From contig JBBRDX010000001.1 of assembly GCA_038203515.1 (NCBI GenBank), forward strand, positions 1-55,537: 55,537 nt of DNA. Reading direction: 5' to 3'. The notes below the pieces were generated by a model, which searched no databases, was not told the DNA's origin, and saw only the letters and a list, made by a program, of their open reading frames with translations. Below are positions 28,748 through 38,388 of the stretch, one piece after another (the stretch's first letter is position 1; every line of letters starts with the position of its first letter). Origin of the DNA: Actinomycetales bacterium (lineage in GTDB: Bacteria > Actinomycetota > Actinomycetes > Actinomycetales > Microbacteriaceae). A program made the position numbers and the translations under genes.

Positions 28748-29308
28748 CTAGGCGGCCTGGAGCGTGAACTGCAGCTCGAAGCTGATGGTGACATCGTCGC
28801 CAAGGGTGAATCCGCCAGCCTCGAGGGCGGCGTTCCAGCTCACCCCGTAGTCATGACGGTTGATTTTGGTGGAGGCGGTGAAGCCCGCCTTGGTCTGGCC
28901 GTAGCCGTCGATGACGATGCCACCGAACTCGCCGGTGAGGGTGACGGACTTGGTCACGCCACGGAGGCTGAGGTCACCGAGGACGGTGATGGCGTCGCCA
29001 TCGAGCACCACGTTGGTGGACACGAAGGTGATGTTCGGAAACTCGTCGGGCTTGAAGAAGTCGTTGGTGCGCAGGTGGTTGTCGCGTTCCTTCTGGTTCG
29101 TGTTGACCGAGGCGACCTCGATGCTTGCCTCGACCGTCGACTTCGACGGGTCTTCGGCGGTCACGATGGTCGCGGTGAAGCGCTCGAAAGTGCCGCGGAC
29201 CTTGCTGATGGCGAGGTGCTTCACCGAGAAGGCGACCTCGGAATGGGTGGGGTCGAGCACCCAGGTGCCGGCAACGTAAGTGGGATGGGTGTCAGTGATA
29301 GTCGTCAT
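28748..29308 (-). CDS. yceI: YceI family protein
   Basis: W.LDPTHSEV.F.VKH, RDNHLR..DFF, G.L.LRGVTK. Confidence 0.93.
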   Translation of the reverse strand: MTTITDTHPTYVAGTWVLDPTHSEVAFSVKHLAISKVRGTFERFTATIVTAEDPSKSTVEASIEVASVNTNQKERDNHLRTNDFFKPDEFPNITFVSTNVVLDGDAITVLGDLSLRGVTKSVTLTGEFGGIVIDGYGQTKAGFTASTKINRHDYGVSWNAALEAGGFTLGDDVTISFELQFTLQAA

Positions 29309-29414
29309 AAGGCTAGGCAAGCGCATAGACCTGCGTGTTATTCCCGATTGTGGAGACAGGCCAGAGAAATTTTCATGCTGTTTCCCTGCCCGCCGACCTC
29401 GCTAACCTCGTACC

Positions 29415-29945
29415 GTGCCCCGATATGTCGCCCTTCTCCGCGGAATCAACGTTGGTCGGGCGAAGTCGATCCCCATGGCGCAACTCGCCTCGGTCTTCAG
29501 CGCCCTCGGCTTCACGGACGTCGCTACGGTTCTGCGCAGCGGAAACGTGGTTTTCGGGTCGGATGCTGCGCTAACGCCCGACACTCCCCGACGCATCGAA
29601 GCCGCCGTTCTTGCGGGGACGGGAGTGCGATCAAGCGTTCTCCTGCTCGATTCTGTGGCGTTTTCCGCCATCCTCGATGCAAGTCCGCTTGTTGACATAG
29701 CCACCGACCCTTCGAAGAGCTTCGTGACCTTCGTGGCCTGGATGCCGACATCGATCGAGCTGCCGGATGCCGCATCCCTCGCTCCCGAAATGCTGGCGGT
29801 GGGCTCCGCCGCGGTCTACCAGTGGATACCCGACGGCAGCCTCCAGACGCGCGTGCCACGGTCGTTCTGGAAGCAGTTCGACGCGCCTGCGACCGCCCGC
29901 AACTGGAACACGGTACTGAAGCTGCGCGCCCTCCTCGGCGACTGA
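29415..29945 (+). CDS. DUF1697 family protein
   Basis: YVALLRGINVG, SGNVVF, TARNWNTV.KL. Confidence 0.92.
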   Translation: MPRYVALLRGINVGRAKSIPMAQLASVFSALGFTDVATVLRSGNVVFGSDAALTPDTPRRIEAAVLAGTGVRSSVLLLDSVAFSAILDASPLVDIATDPSKSFVTFVAWMPTSIELPDAASLAPEMLAVGSAAVYQWIPDGSLQTRVPRSFWKQFDAPATARNWNTVLKLRALLGD

Positions 29946-30203
29946 TCTCGCCGCGCGCGGCTGCGCCAACGACCACTCCTTCACAGGAAACGCGGAGCTT
30001 GGTGCCGAACTGTTAAGTCCGGTATCGACGCACAGAGCGTTCCGACGGTGAGAGTATTCCGCCCGTCATGGAAACCAGTCGAGAGCCCGCTTCCCAGCCG
30101 TTCCGGGAAGCATCCACCGCCGCGCGACGCCTCCCGTGTAGCCGGCCGCTCCAGCGTTTTCGCCCGAGCGACTGCGCTGCTGCGGATAACCGGAGATCCT
30201 CAT

Positions 30204-30959
30204 TTGCTAAAAAAGTCCCTTGTCAGTTCCGCGCGCGCCCGCATCCGTGCGCTCCCGGCCGTTCCCGCCGAACACAGTCCCGGACTCCCCGCCCTCAACG
30301 GGCGATCCGTGCGCAACCTCCGTCACGTGCGCGCCGTCAAGGCGGTGCGCGGGGGTGTGGCTGCGGCCGCAGCATCCTTCGCGGTGGTCATCGCCCTCGG
30401 CTTCGGCGTGCCGGCCTATGCGGCGGCGAACGCAGCCCCGTCGGTGCGAACGCTCGCGCTCCAGAGCCTCACCGTGAGCGGTATCTCTCCTGCCGCAGCC
30501 GTGGTGCGGGATGCCTACGGGGTCACCCTCCCACCGCCCGTGCAGTGGCCCGTGGATCCGTCGAGCCCGATCGTCGACGGCTTCGGCCCGCGGGTGCCGC
30601 CGTGCTCCGGTTGCTCGTCCAATCACGAAGGAGTGGACTACGACGCCGGCAACGGTGCGCCGGTGCACGCGATCGCGGCCGGGGTCGTCGTCGAGACCAA
30701 CAATCCCGGCTGGGCGGCTCTCGGCATCCATGTGGCTATCCAGCATGTGATCGCGGGCCAGACCATCACCAGCGCTTACGGGCACATGCAGGTGGGATCG
30801 ATGCCGCTGCGCGTGGGCGACACGGTTTTTGCGGGCGAGCTCATCGGTCGCGTCGGCAGCACGGGTGCGAGCACCGGCGCGCACCTTCATTTCGAGATTC
30901 GGGCCGGTGGCACCAGACCGGTCGACCCTGTGGCCTGGATGCGCGCCCGGCTGGGCTAG
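30204..30959 (+). CDS. M23 family metallopeptidase; start uncertain (TTG 30204 has a GGAG RBS, ORF open from 30048)
   Basis: HEGVD, YGHM, GSTGASTGAHLHFE zinc motifs; one TM/signal segment. Confidence 0.88.
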   Translation: MLKKSLVSSARARIRALPAVPAEHSPGLPALNGRSVRNLRHVRAVKAVRGGVAAAAASFAVVIALGFGVPAYAAANAAPSVRTLALQSLTVSGISPAAAVVRDAYGVTLPPPVQWPVDPSSPIVDGFGPRVPPCSGCSSNHEGVDYDAGNGAPVHAIAAGVVVETNNPGWAALGIHVAIQHVIAGQTITSAYGHMQVGSMPLRVGDTVFAGELIGRVGSTGASTGAHLHFEIRAGGTRPVDPVAWMRARLG

Positions 30960-30998
30960 CTGAACGTCACTCCCAGACTCGTTGGATAACGTGCAGCC

Positions 30999-31892
30999 GT
31001 GACCAATATTGCCGCTCCGTTCCGGTCCCGACTGCTTTCGGCGTTCACCGGCAACTCAAGCGGGCGACCGGACTGGGTCAGCCAGATCGAAGAGGGTGAC
31101 GACGCTGGGTTCTTCGGTGTCGGGTCGGCCGCGTGGGCTGTTCATGGTGGCATGCCGACGCTGGTGGCCGGCATCCGCGCCCTGCTCATGCAGACCCTCC
31201 ACCCCGGGGCGATGGCGGGAGTGCACGACTGGTCGAGGTACAAGGAGGATCCGCTCGGTCGGCTGTCCGGCACCATCCAGTGGCTCATCGGCGTCACCTT
31301 CTCCGACACCACCATGGCCGTGCGCGAATCGAACCGGGTGGGGCGCTTCCACGACCGGGTGGTCGGCACCTATCTCGATGCCCAGGGGGCAGAGCGGCAC
31401 TACGCTGCGGGGGATCCCGAGCTGCTGTCCTGGGTACACGTGGTGTTCACCGACGCGTTCCTCGGAAGTCACCTTGTCTGGGGTTCGCCGATTCCGGGAG
31501 GTCCGGACCAGTACGTGCGCGAATGGACCAAGGCGGGCGAACTGGTCGGCGTCGTCAACCCGCCGACCTCGCAGGCGGAGCTCCGTTCGCAGCTCGAGGC
31601 CTTTCGTGCCGCCGGCATTCTCAAGAGCGACGAACGGGTGGCCGAGGCCGTGCGGTTTATCCGCAAGCCGGGCCTGCCCAAAGGCATGCTTCCGGCCTAC
31701 AACATTCTCTTTGCCGGAGCCGTCGCATCCATCCCGGCCGAATATCGGCGGATGCTCGGCCTGCGCCGCGCGTGGTGGCCAGCGATCACGGCCACGCGCC
31801 TGATCCTCGTGCTTGTCGGGTCATTGCTCGGCCGCAGTTCCACCAGTGAGGACGCCGCCCGCAAGCGACTCGCGCGCCTTGAGCTGCTCTAG
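30999..31892 (+). CDS. Oxygenase MpaB family (DUF2236) protein
   Basis: GIRALLMQTLHP...GVHDWS, H..V.G, LL.WVH. Confidence 0.9.
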   Translation: MTNIAAPFRSRLLSAFTGNSSGRPDWVSQIEEGDDAGFFGVGSAAWAVHGGMPTLVAGIRALLMQTLHPGAMAGVHDWSRYKEDPLGRLSGTIQWLIGVTFSDTTMAVRESNRVGRFHDRVVGTYLDAQGAERHYAAGDPELLSWVHVVFTDAFLGSHLVWGSPIPGGPDQYVREWTKAGELVGVVNPPTSQAELRSQLEAFRAAGILKSDERVAEAVRFIRKPGLPKGMLPAYNILFAGAVASIPAEYRRMLGLRRAWWPAITATRLILVLVGSLLGRSSTSEDAARKRLARLELL

Positions 31893-31956
31893 CTTCCCTC
31901 ACCCACCCGCACCCCATTCACGCCCGCTCGTTCTGTCCCAACGATGAACACCGAGT

Positions 31957-32002
31957 TGCCGTTTTCTGTTGTTCCCGCGCCCGGGAACAACAAAAAGGGG
32001 CA
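31957..32002. repeat. Intergenic hairpin (REP-like or terminator)
   Basis: tgttgttcccg / cgggaacaaca 11-bp perfect arms, 4-nt loop, imperfect extension. Confidence 0.65.
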
Positions 32003-32191
32003 TGTGGTGATGGCTCGCTCCGAACCCCCGCAACCGCAGGGTTATTTGTGGTGCCGCTCTCTTCGCAATCATTATCAGTCCCATCGTGCTTCGGCTCAGA
32101 GCGCTCACGGAGGCTGGCGCTGTCCCCGGCTGTCGCCGGCTGGGGGTAGATTCGCTCCTGTGGAGAGGCAGGCCTCAGGAGGCAGAACCGC

Positions 32192-33454
32192 ATGAGTAAG
32201 CAGGATGGCCGCGACCGCCAGGTCAGCGCGAGTTCTGTCGATAGCAGCACCGCAACGATCCTCCACGTCGATCTCGATGCCTTTTTCGCCTCAGTAGAAC
32301 TGCTCGACCGACCGGAGCTCGCGCATCTGCCCGTGATCGTTGCCGGCAAATCGATGCGCTCCGTCGTGACGGCGGCGAACTACCCGGCCCGCAAGTACGG
32401 CGTGCGTTCGGCCATCCCCCTGTCGCAGGCGCTGCGGCTCTGCCCGAAGGCGATCGTGCTCGAGCCGCATTTCGACAAATACCGCCACTATTCGACGCTC
32501 GTGATGGAGATCTTCGACGATGTGACCCCGCTGGTCGAGCGGCTCGGCATCGATGAGGCATTCCTCGACGTCTCCGGGGCCGGACTCATCGGCAACCCGG
32601 CGCAGGTCGCCGCCGTGATTCGCCATCGCGTTCAGCAGGAGACCGGGCTCACCTGCTCGGTGGGGGCGGCATCCACCAAATTCGTGGCGAAGCTCGCCTC
32701 CGGGCGCGCGAAGCCCGACGGGGTGCTCGTCGTGCCCGCCGACCAGACGCTCGCGTTTCTTCATCCGCTGCCCGTCGGGGCGCTATGGGGTGTCGGCGCG
32801 GTCACCGAGGAGACTCTCACGCGGCGCGGACTACGCACGATCGGCGACATCGCACGATCCCCGCTCGTGGCCCTTCAACGGGCGGTGGGGGATGCTTCGG
32901 GGCTCAAGCTGCACGACCTCGCCAATGGTCGCGATCCCCGGTCGGTGACCACGGCCTCCGTGGAGAAGAGCGTGGGACACGAGGTGACCTTTGAGGTCGA
33001 CACCGTGAACGCGGACGACCTCCGCCGGGAGCTGCTGCGCCAGGCCAACGCCGTCGCGGTGCGGATGCGCACGGCCGGCTGGGTGGGCCGCACCGTCGTG
33101 CTCAAGCTGCGCTACGACGACTTCACCACCATCACCCGGTCGCGCACTCTCGCCGAGTCGACGGATGTCGGGCGCCGCATCTACGAGGAGGTCCGGTCCA
33201 TCTACGACGCCCTTGGCCGGCACAATCCGGTGCGACTCATCGGCGTGCGCATGGAGCAGCTCAGCGAGGGCGACGATCAGCAACTCGGCCTCTGGGACGA
33301 AGACGAAGACTGGCGAGAGGCCGAAGACACCATCGACGCCGTCACCGCGCGCTTCGGTCGCGGGATGCTGCGGCCGGCGTCACTTCTCAAGGCCGAAGCC
33401 CCGCGGGGTGACGCGCAGAACGCGCACCGCATCGACTACGAGCCGCCGCGCTGA
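32192..33454 (+). CDS. dinB: DNA polymerase IV (Y family)
   Basis: HVDLDAFFASVE, ANYPARKYGV, IDEAFLD, KPDG, LWGVG. Confidence 0.96.
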   Translation: MSKQDGRDRQVSASSVDSSTATILHVDLDAFFASVELLDRPELAHLPVIVAGKSMRSVVTAANYPARKYGVRSAIPLSQALRLCPKAIVLEPHFDKYRHYSTLVMEIFDDVTPLVERLGIDEAFLDVSGAGLIGNPAQVAAVIRHRVQQETGLTCSVGAASTKFVAKLASGRAKPDGVLVVPADQTLAFLHPLPVGALWGVGAVTEETLTRRGLRTIGDIARSPLVALQRAVGDASGLKLHDLANGRDPRSVTTASVEKSVGHEVTFEVDTVNADDLRRELLRQANAVAVRMRTAGWVGRTVVLKLRYDDFTTITRSRTLAESTDVGRRIYEEVRSIYDALGRHNPVRLIGVRMEQLSEGDDQQLGLWDEDEDWREAEDTIDAVTARFGRGMLRPASLLKAEAPRGDAQNAHRIDYEPPR

Positions 33455-33629
33455 CCAGTCGGGGCAACAGGCCACAGCATGAGTTCTGCGGATGGATGAC
33501 GGGACCTGGATGGGCACCTGTCCTTAAACGCAGGCATCGGGACAGCGGCCTGGGATAGCCTCGACCAGCCGAGCCGCCCGGCGTAGTTTCGACGATCGCT
33601 CGACCGTGTCCCGGACTGTCCGACGACAG

Positions 33630-33865
33630 TCCATCGAACGCGGAATGATGAACCCTCGCGATCGCGTCTTCTTGTCGCGCCGAGGAATCACGTGAAGAGA
33701 TGCGTCGAACGCAGGGGGAACCGACGATCCAATCAGTCGGAGGGACCGGCGAATGGCGAGTGCGAACACGGGACTACCGCATCATCTGCGAAATCCAGAA
33801 CGACCACCTGATACTCCCGGTTCTCAGAAACGGCCGCCGTCGCGACATAAGCGAAGCCCGCAAGA
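33630..33865 (+). pseudogene. Collapsed Phd/RelE-type toxin-antitoxin remnant
   Basis: GGTGEWRVRTRDYRIICEI...VLRNGRRRDI resembles a RelE C-terminus; upstream RVFLSRRG and AEESREEMRRTQGEP resemble Phd antitoxin pieces. Confidence 0.65.
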
Positions 33866-33918
33866 CGAAGGTCTCCAGGCTCTCCCTTCAGACGGGGACG
33901 TGGCCCTGACGCGGGATG

Positions 33919-34926
33919 TCAGTGTCGTTTCCGACGTTCGATCGCTTCTCGACAGATGTCTTCGCACAGCTGCCCGTAGTCGATGCCTTCGGCTGCGGCT
34001 GATTGGGGCAAGAGGCTTGTGGCAGTCATACCGGGCAGACTGTTGGCTTCGATAATCCAGATCGCGCCGCTGTCATCGAGCCGGAAGTCGGATCGGCTGT
34101 AACCCTGAAGGCGAAGTAGACGATGGGCTTCTAGCGCAGCGTTCTTTGCGGCCGACTCGACAGCCGCCGGTAAGCTCGCGGGAAAGCTCTCTTCGATGGC
34201 GCCGAGCTGGTATTTGTGCGCGTAGGTGAACGCCTCGTCAACGGGGACGAAGATCTCCCCGACCGCGAGTGCCCTGGCACCCAAGACTCCGACGGTGAGT
34301 TCCCGCCCACGAATGAATCGTTCGACCATGACCGTGCCGTACTGGCCGGCTCGGTCTATCGCGGCTTCGAGCTGGTCGGGAGAGCGGACGACCGACAGGC
34401 CCACGGTGGATCCCTGCGCGGTCGGTTTCACGACGACAGGGAAGCCGAGCGCGTCGTGCACCCGATCTGTCGATGAGGGAGCGATCAACCAGTCGGGAGT
34501 GCGGATCCCGCCGGCGCGAAGCAGCGTTTTGCCGACGTCCTTATCCATGGCAAGTGCACTGCCGAGTGGCCCGGAGCCGGTGTAGGGGATTCCAGCGAGG
34601 TCGAGCAGTGCCTGTAGCCGCCCGTCTTCCCCGGATCCGCCGTGGAGTGCGATGAAGACGACGTCGCTGTCTCCAACCGCTGCGGGCAATTGGAGCGGGT
34701 CGGCCTGGATCCGGGCACGGTCGACCTCAGTCGCTGATGGTGGCGCCTGGCCAACAGCACTCGTGAGGACTCGGTGCTCGTCTGCGACTTCGATGGCGCC
34801 GTAGGCGGTATCGACGGCGGTGACCTGGTGGCCGCGGGCCCGCAGCGCCGGAATGATCTGGGCTGCGCTGGCGATCGAGACGTCACGTTCTTCACTTTCG
34901 CCACCGAAGAGAACTGAAATGCGCAC
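33919..34926 (-). CDS. ddl: D-alanine--D-alanine ligase (DdlB-type, probable extra copy)
   Basis: GGESEERDVS, ALHGGSGEDG, SALAMDK, RSDFR, EANSLPGMT; omega loop FTYAHKY. Confidence 0.93.
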   Translation of the reverse strand: MRISVLFGGESEERDVSIASAAQIIPALRARGHQVTAVDTAYGAIEVADEHRVLTSAVGQAPPSATEVDRARIQADPLQLPAAVGDSDVVFIALHGGSGEDGRLQALLDLAGIPYTGSGPLGSALAMDKDVGKTLLRAGGIRTPDWLIAPSSTDRVHDALGFPVVVKPTAQGSTVGLSVVRSPDQLEAAIDRAGQYGTVMVERFIRGRELTVGVLGARALAVGEIFVPVDEAFTYAHKYQLGAIEESFPASLPAAVESAAKNAALEAHRLLRLQGYSRSDFRLDDSGAIWIIEANSLPGMTATSLLPQSAAAEGIDYGQLCEDICREAIERRKRH

Positions 34927-35127
34927 AACGCGACATTACCGGTGAAGCAAACGAACCCGTCTCAAGCGCAGGCCTCCGCGCGGCTTATTCGACCACTCAG
35001 GAGGGAGTGCCGCGCGCAGACCGGGGTCGACGAACACCAGCAATTCGCCACGCAACAAGCGCTGGTTCAGGGTACCGACGCATTGGATACGAGGCTTTCC
35101 CCCATCTCCTCAGCCTAGATTCGGCTC

Positions 35128-36336
35128 ATGATCATTTCCCTTGATGGCGTCTCTCCGGAAGCCGTGGTCGAACGACACCTGTCGCATCTCGTGGATGACC
35201 GGATCAGGGCGAGTCCCGACATCCGCGGTGGCCAAACGGCGGCGAATGCTGCGCTCACCGCTTTCGACGTGGCGGGGTACGCTGCCAGGCGTAACCGGGT
35301 ACTCCCAGTGGCGGCTCGCGGAGCCTCCCGGTTGTCGCCCTACATCCGCCACGGGTTGCTTTCGCTGAGGGAGGTCTGGAACGCCACCGCCGGTCCAGCG
35401 GCGGATGTCTCGAAATTTCGCGACGAACTGCTCTGGCAGGAGTATGGCCGACATCTATATGCTCGAGTTGGCATGCAGCTGCATCGCAACTTGCGGTTCG
35501 ACGTCGCATGGGCTGGGGATTTCACACCAGCGGCCTGGCCGCGCGACATGGCCTGTGTGAACTGGGCACTGTCGTCTCTGGAAACGGAGGGCTGGCTTGT
35601 GAATCAGACTCGCATGTGGCTCGCCTCGCAATACACCGTGCGCTCCGGAGCAGGGTGGATGGCTGGGCAGGAGTATTTCCATCGCCACCTGCTGGACGGC
35701 TCGCGCGCTGCGAACCTGCTCGGGTGGCAATGGACAGTTGGCGCGGGCACGGGCAAACCCTACGGATTTGCACGGTGGCAGGTGGAGAAACGAGCGCCTC
35801 AACTGTGCGCGGCTTGTCCTCTCAATCGCAGTTGCCCGATAGAGAACTTTCCTTCGGATACGGTTCCGCGGCCGGTCGCCGTACCGGATCCACGGCTCGT
35901 CCAGGACGATGACCTGGCCTCCACCCGGGGTCCGACCATGGTCGTCGAACGCTCCACACCACACTCTGTTTTGCTCACAGTCGAATCGCTTGGCGATGAG
36001 GATCCGGCGCTTCTCGCCCATCCGCAGCTCCCGGTTGTCTTCATCTTCGACGAACCGGCCCTGGAAAAACTGCGCCTTTCGAGCAAAAGGCTCGTGTTTT
36101 TCGTAGAGACGCTCCAAGACCTGGCTGAGCGGCGTGAAGTGATCGTGCATCTCGGAGACCCCAAACAGATCACTCCGGACCTTGACGCTGCGATCACCTG
36201 GGCTCCAGTGCCGAGCTTTGAAAAGTACGACAGGACCGCCGTTCAAATTCATCCGTGGCCGTGGCTCGCCGAACCTCATGCCGGTTCGCTCAAAAGCTTT
36301 TCGGCCTGGCGCCAGAAACTTACCCAGCCGAAATAA
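35128..36336 (+). CDS. Photolyase/cryptochrome-family flavoprotein with inverted domain order (NewPHL/short-photolyase-like)
   Basis: FAD-domain motifs first (SRLSPYIRHG, ELLWQEY, NQTRMWLAS, LLDGS..N..GWQW), alpha/beta remnant last (PVVFIFDE...SSKRLVFFVETL.DL); leaderless TAGATT-N6-ATG. Confidence 0.88.
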   Translation: MIISLDGVSPEAVVERHLSHLVDDRIRASPDIRGGQTAANAALTAFDVAGYAARRNRVLPVAARGASRLSPYIRHGLLSLREVWNATAGPAADVSKFRDELLWQEYGRHLYARVGMQLHRNLRFDVAWAGDFTPAAWPRDMACVNWALSSLETEGWLVNQTRMWLASQYTVRSGAGWMAGQEYFHRHLLDGSRAANLLGWQWTVGAGTGKPYGFARWQVEKRAPQLCAACPLNRSCPIENFPSDTVPRPVAVPDPRLVQDDDLASTRGPTMVVERSTPHSVLLTVESLGDEDPALLAHPQLPVVFIFDEPALEKLRLSSKRLVFFVETLQDLAERREVIVHLGDPKQITPDLDAAITWAPVPSFEKYDRTAVQIHPWPWLAEPHAGSLKSFSAWRQKLTQPK

Positions 36337-36521
36337 AACCCGGTCTTTTTCGGGATGGCACTCCCAGCAGCCCTCCCGATGCCACGCCCCCAGGATGATG
36401 CCCGGAACGCGCACCGGATCGACGACGAGTCTCTGCACTGCCTCCCGGTCGGCTGGAGGCCGCGCGTTGGTGGGGGAGAGTCATCCGTGGGCCGACCGTG
36501 TGGATGCCCCTGCCCGCGCTG

Positions 36522-36602
36522 AACCCTCGGGGCGGGGGATCTGCCGGGTCACGGAGGGTGAATCGCGCCGGGGATGGAGTTGTGCCTCCCGCCGCGAGGG
36601 TT
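36522..36602. repeat. REP-like imperfect palindrome between convergent genes
   Basis: aaccctcggggcggg (36522-36536) / cccgccgcgagggtt (36588-36602), 14 of 15 positions pair. Confidence 0.65.
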
Positions 36603-36635
36603 TATCCCCGCCGCCACGTGCGGGGCGGCAGGCGA

Positions 36636-38381
36636 TCAGCGGGCGATAATCGCCGCGGACCGGGCACCGAGCAGTGTTTCGGAGGATGACGCCGCCACCG
36701 AACGCGTCGTGGCGAGCAGCAGCGTGCCGCCATAGGGCAGCACGACCGGAAAGTCGGCGAAGTTGACGACGACGGACGTGCCGCCCGCGGACCCTGCGCG
36801 ATGCAGGGCGAACCACTTCGCATCGTCGTCGAATTCGGTCGAAAGCCGGGACATCCGCGGGTCGGTGAGGTCCGGGCGATCGCGGCGCAGGTCCGCGAGG
36901 GAGCGGTAGAGCTGCAGCAGGCGGGCATGGTCGCCTTCGGCAGGCTCGTCCCAATCGAGCTTGGAGTGTTGGAATGTTTCGGCGTCCTGCGGGTCGGGCA
37001 CGATGGCCGGGTCCCAGCCCATCTTCGCGAACTCCGCGATGCGACCCTCGGCCGTCGCCGTGCCGAGTTCGGGCTCCGGATGCGCGGTGAAGAACTGCCA
37101 TGGCGTAGACGCTCCCCACTCCTCGCCCATGAACAGCATCGGAGTGAACGGGCCGGCGAGCGTGAGCACCGCCGCGATCGCCAGCTGGTCGGCGTCGAGC
37201 TGGGCCGAGAGCCGGTCGCCCACGGCGCGGTTGCCGATCTGGTCGTGATTCTGATTGGCGACGACGAGCCGCCACGACGGCATGTGGTCGGTGTCGATCG
37301 GATGCCCGTGGTCACGTTCACGGAACGACGAGTAGGTTCCGTCGTGGAAGAAGCCGCGGGTCATGACCTTAGCGAGTGAGTCCAACCCGGCGAAATCGGC
37401 GTAGTACCCGGTCGTCTCGCCGGTCAGCGCGACGTGCACGGCGTGGTGGAAGTCGTCGCTCCACTGGGCCTGCAGGCCGTAGCCGCCGCTGCCGCCCTCG
37501 CGTGGAGTGATCAGTTTCGGGTCGTTGAGGTCGGATTCGGCGATGAGGCTGAGTGGTCGGCCAAGAAAGGCCGAGAGGGCATCCGTTCGTTCGGAGAGCT
37601 CCTGCAGGAGGTGCTTCGGCGAGTCGTCGACGAGGGCGTGAACCGCATCGAGGCGAAGTCCGTCGACGTGGAAATCACGAAACCAGCCCAGCGCATTGTC
37701 GACGATGTACGACCGAACCGCCGACTCATCGAGGTTGATCGAATCGCCCCAGGTGTTCGACGAACCGGAGCGAAGGTAGGGGCCGAACCGTGGCAGGTAG
37801 TTGCCGCTCGGGCCGAGGTGGTTGTAAACGACGTCCTGGATCACGCCGAGACCGCGCGAATGCGCGGCATCCACGAACCGTTCATAGGCCGCCGGTCCTC
37901 CGTAGGTCTCGTCGACGGTGTACCAGAGCACTCCGTCGTAGCCCCAGTTGTGGTCGCCATTGAACCCGTTGACCGGCAACAGTTCCACGAAGTCGACCCC
38001 GATGGAGACGAGATGGTCGAGCCTTGCGATCGCTGAGTCGAGGGTGCCCTCGGGGGTGAAGGTACCGAGGTGCAGCTCGTAGATCATGCCGCCGGCCAGT
38101 TGGCGGCCGGTCCAGCCGCCATCGGTCCACTCGAATTCGCTGGTGAATGTTCGGGAGAGTCCATGAACAGACTCGGGTTGGCGACGGCTGCGCGGATCGG
38201 GCAGTGGCGCCTCATCGTCGTCGACGAGGTAGCCGTAGTCGGTGCCCGAGAGCCCCTCGGGTGCCGTCCACCAGCCCCCCGTGGTCGCTGTCATCTCGTG
38301 GCGCTCGCCGTCGAGCAGCAGCGTGAGGGTGGAGGCCGAAGGGGCCCAGATATCGAAGGTCATCACTTCAGTGGTCATCAT
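36636..38381 (-). CDS. treZ: Malto-oligosyltrehalose trehalohydrolase
   Basis: GH13: [34 protein letters not shown]. Confidence 0.96.
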   Translation of the reverse strand: MMTTEVMTFDIWAPSASTLTLLLDGERHEMTATTGGWWTAPEGLSGTDYGYLVDDDEAPLPDPRSRRQPESVHGLSRTFTSEFEWTDGGWTGRQLAGGMIYELHLGTFTPEGTLDSAIARLDHLVSIGVDFVELLPVNGFNGDHNWGYDGVLWYTVDETYGGPAAYERFVDAAHSRGLGVIQDVVYNHLGPSGNYLPRFGPYLRSGSSNTWGDSINLDESAVRSYIVDNALGWFRDFHVDGLRLDAVHALVDDSPKHLLQELSERTDALSAFLGRPLSLIAESDLNDPKLITPREGGSGGYGLQAQWSDDFHHAVHVALTGETTGYYADFAGLDSLAKVMTRGFFHDGTYSSFRERDHGHPIDTDHMPSWRLVVANQNHDQIGNRAVGDRLSAQLDADQLAIAAVLTLAGPFTPMLFMGEEWGASTPWQFFTAHPEPELGTATAEGRIAEFAKMGWDPAIVPDPQDAETFQHSKLDWDEPAEGDHARLLQLYRSLADLRRDRPDLTDPRMSRLSTEFDDDAKWFALHRAGSAGGTSVVVNFADFPVVLPYGGTLLLATTRSVAASSSETLLGARSAAIIAR

Positions 38382-38388
38382 CGTCTGC

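Noticed and set aside
31893-32191. LexA/SOS box upstream of dinB and an 83-aa ORF
   Set aside because: No convincing GAAC-N4-GTTC site; the ORF has no motif and overlaps hairpins.
33919-34926. VanA/VanB-type D-Ala-D-Lac ligase
   Set aside because: Omega loop has KY (Tyr) and no vanH, vanX or vanRS genes are nearby.
36500-36635. c-di-AMP (ydaO) riboswitch suggested by gctgaa...gggtgaatc
   Set aside because: Remaining consensus is missing and it lies between two convergent 3' ends; better explained as a palindromic repeat.
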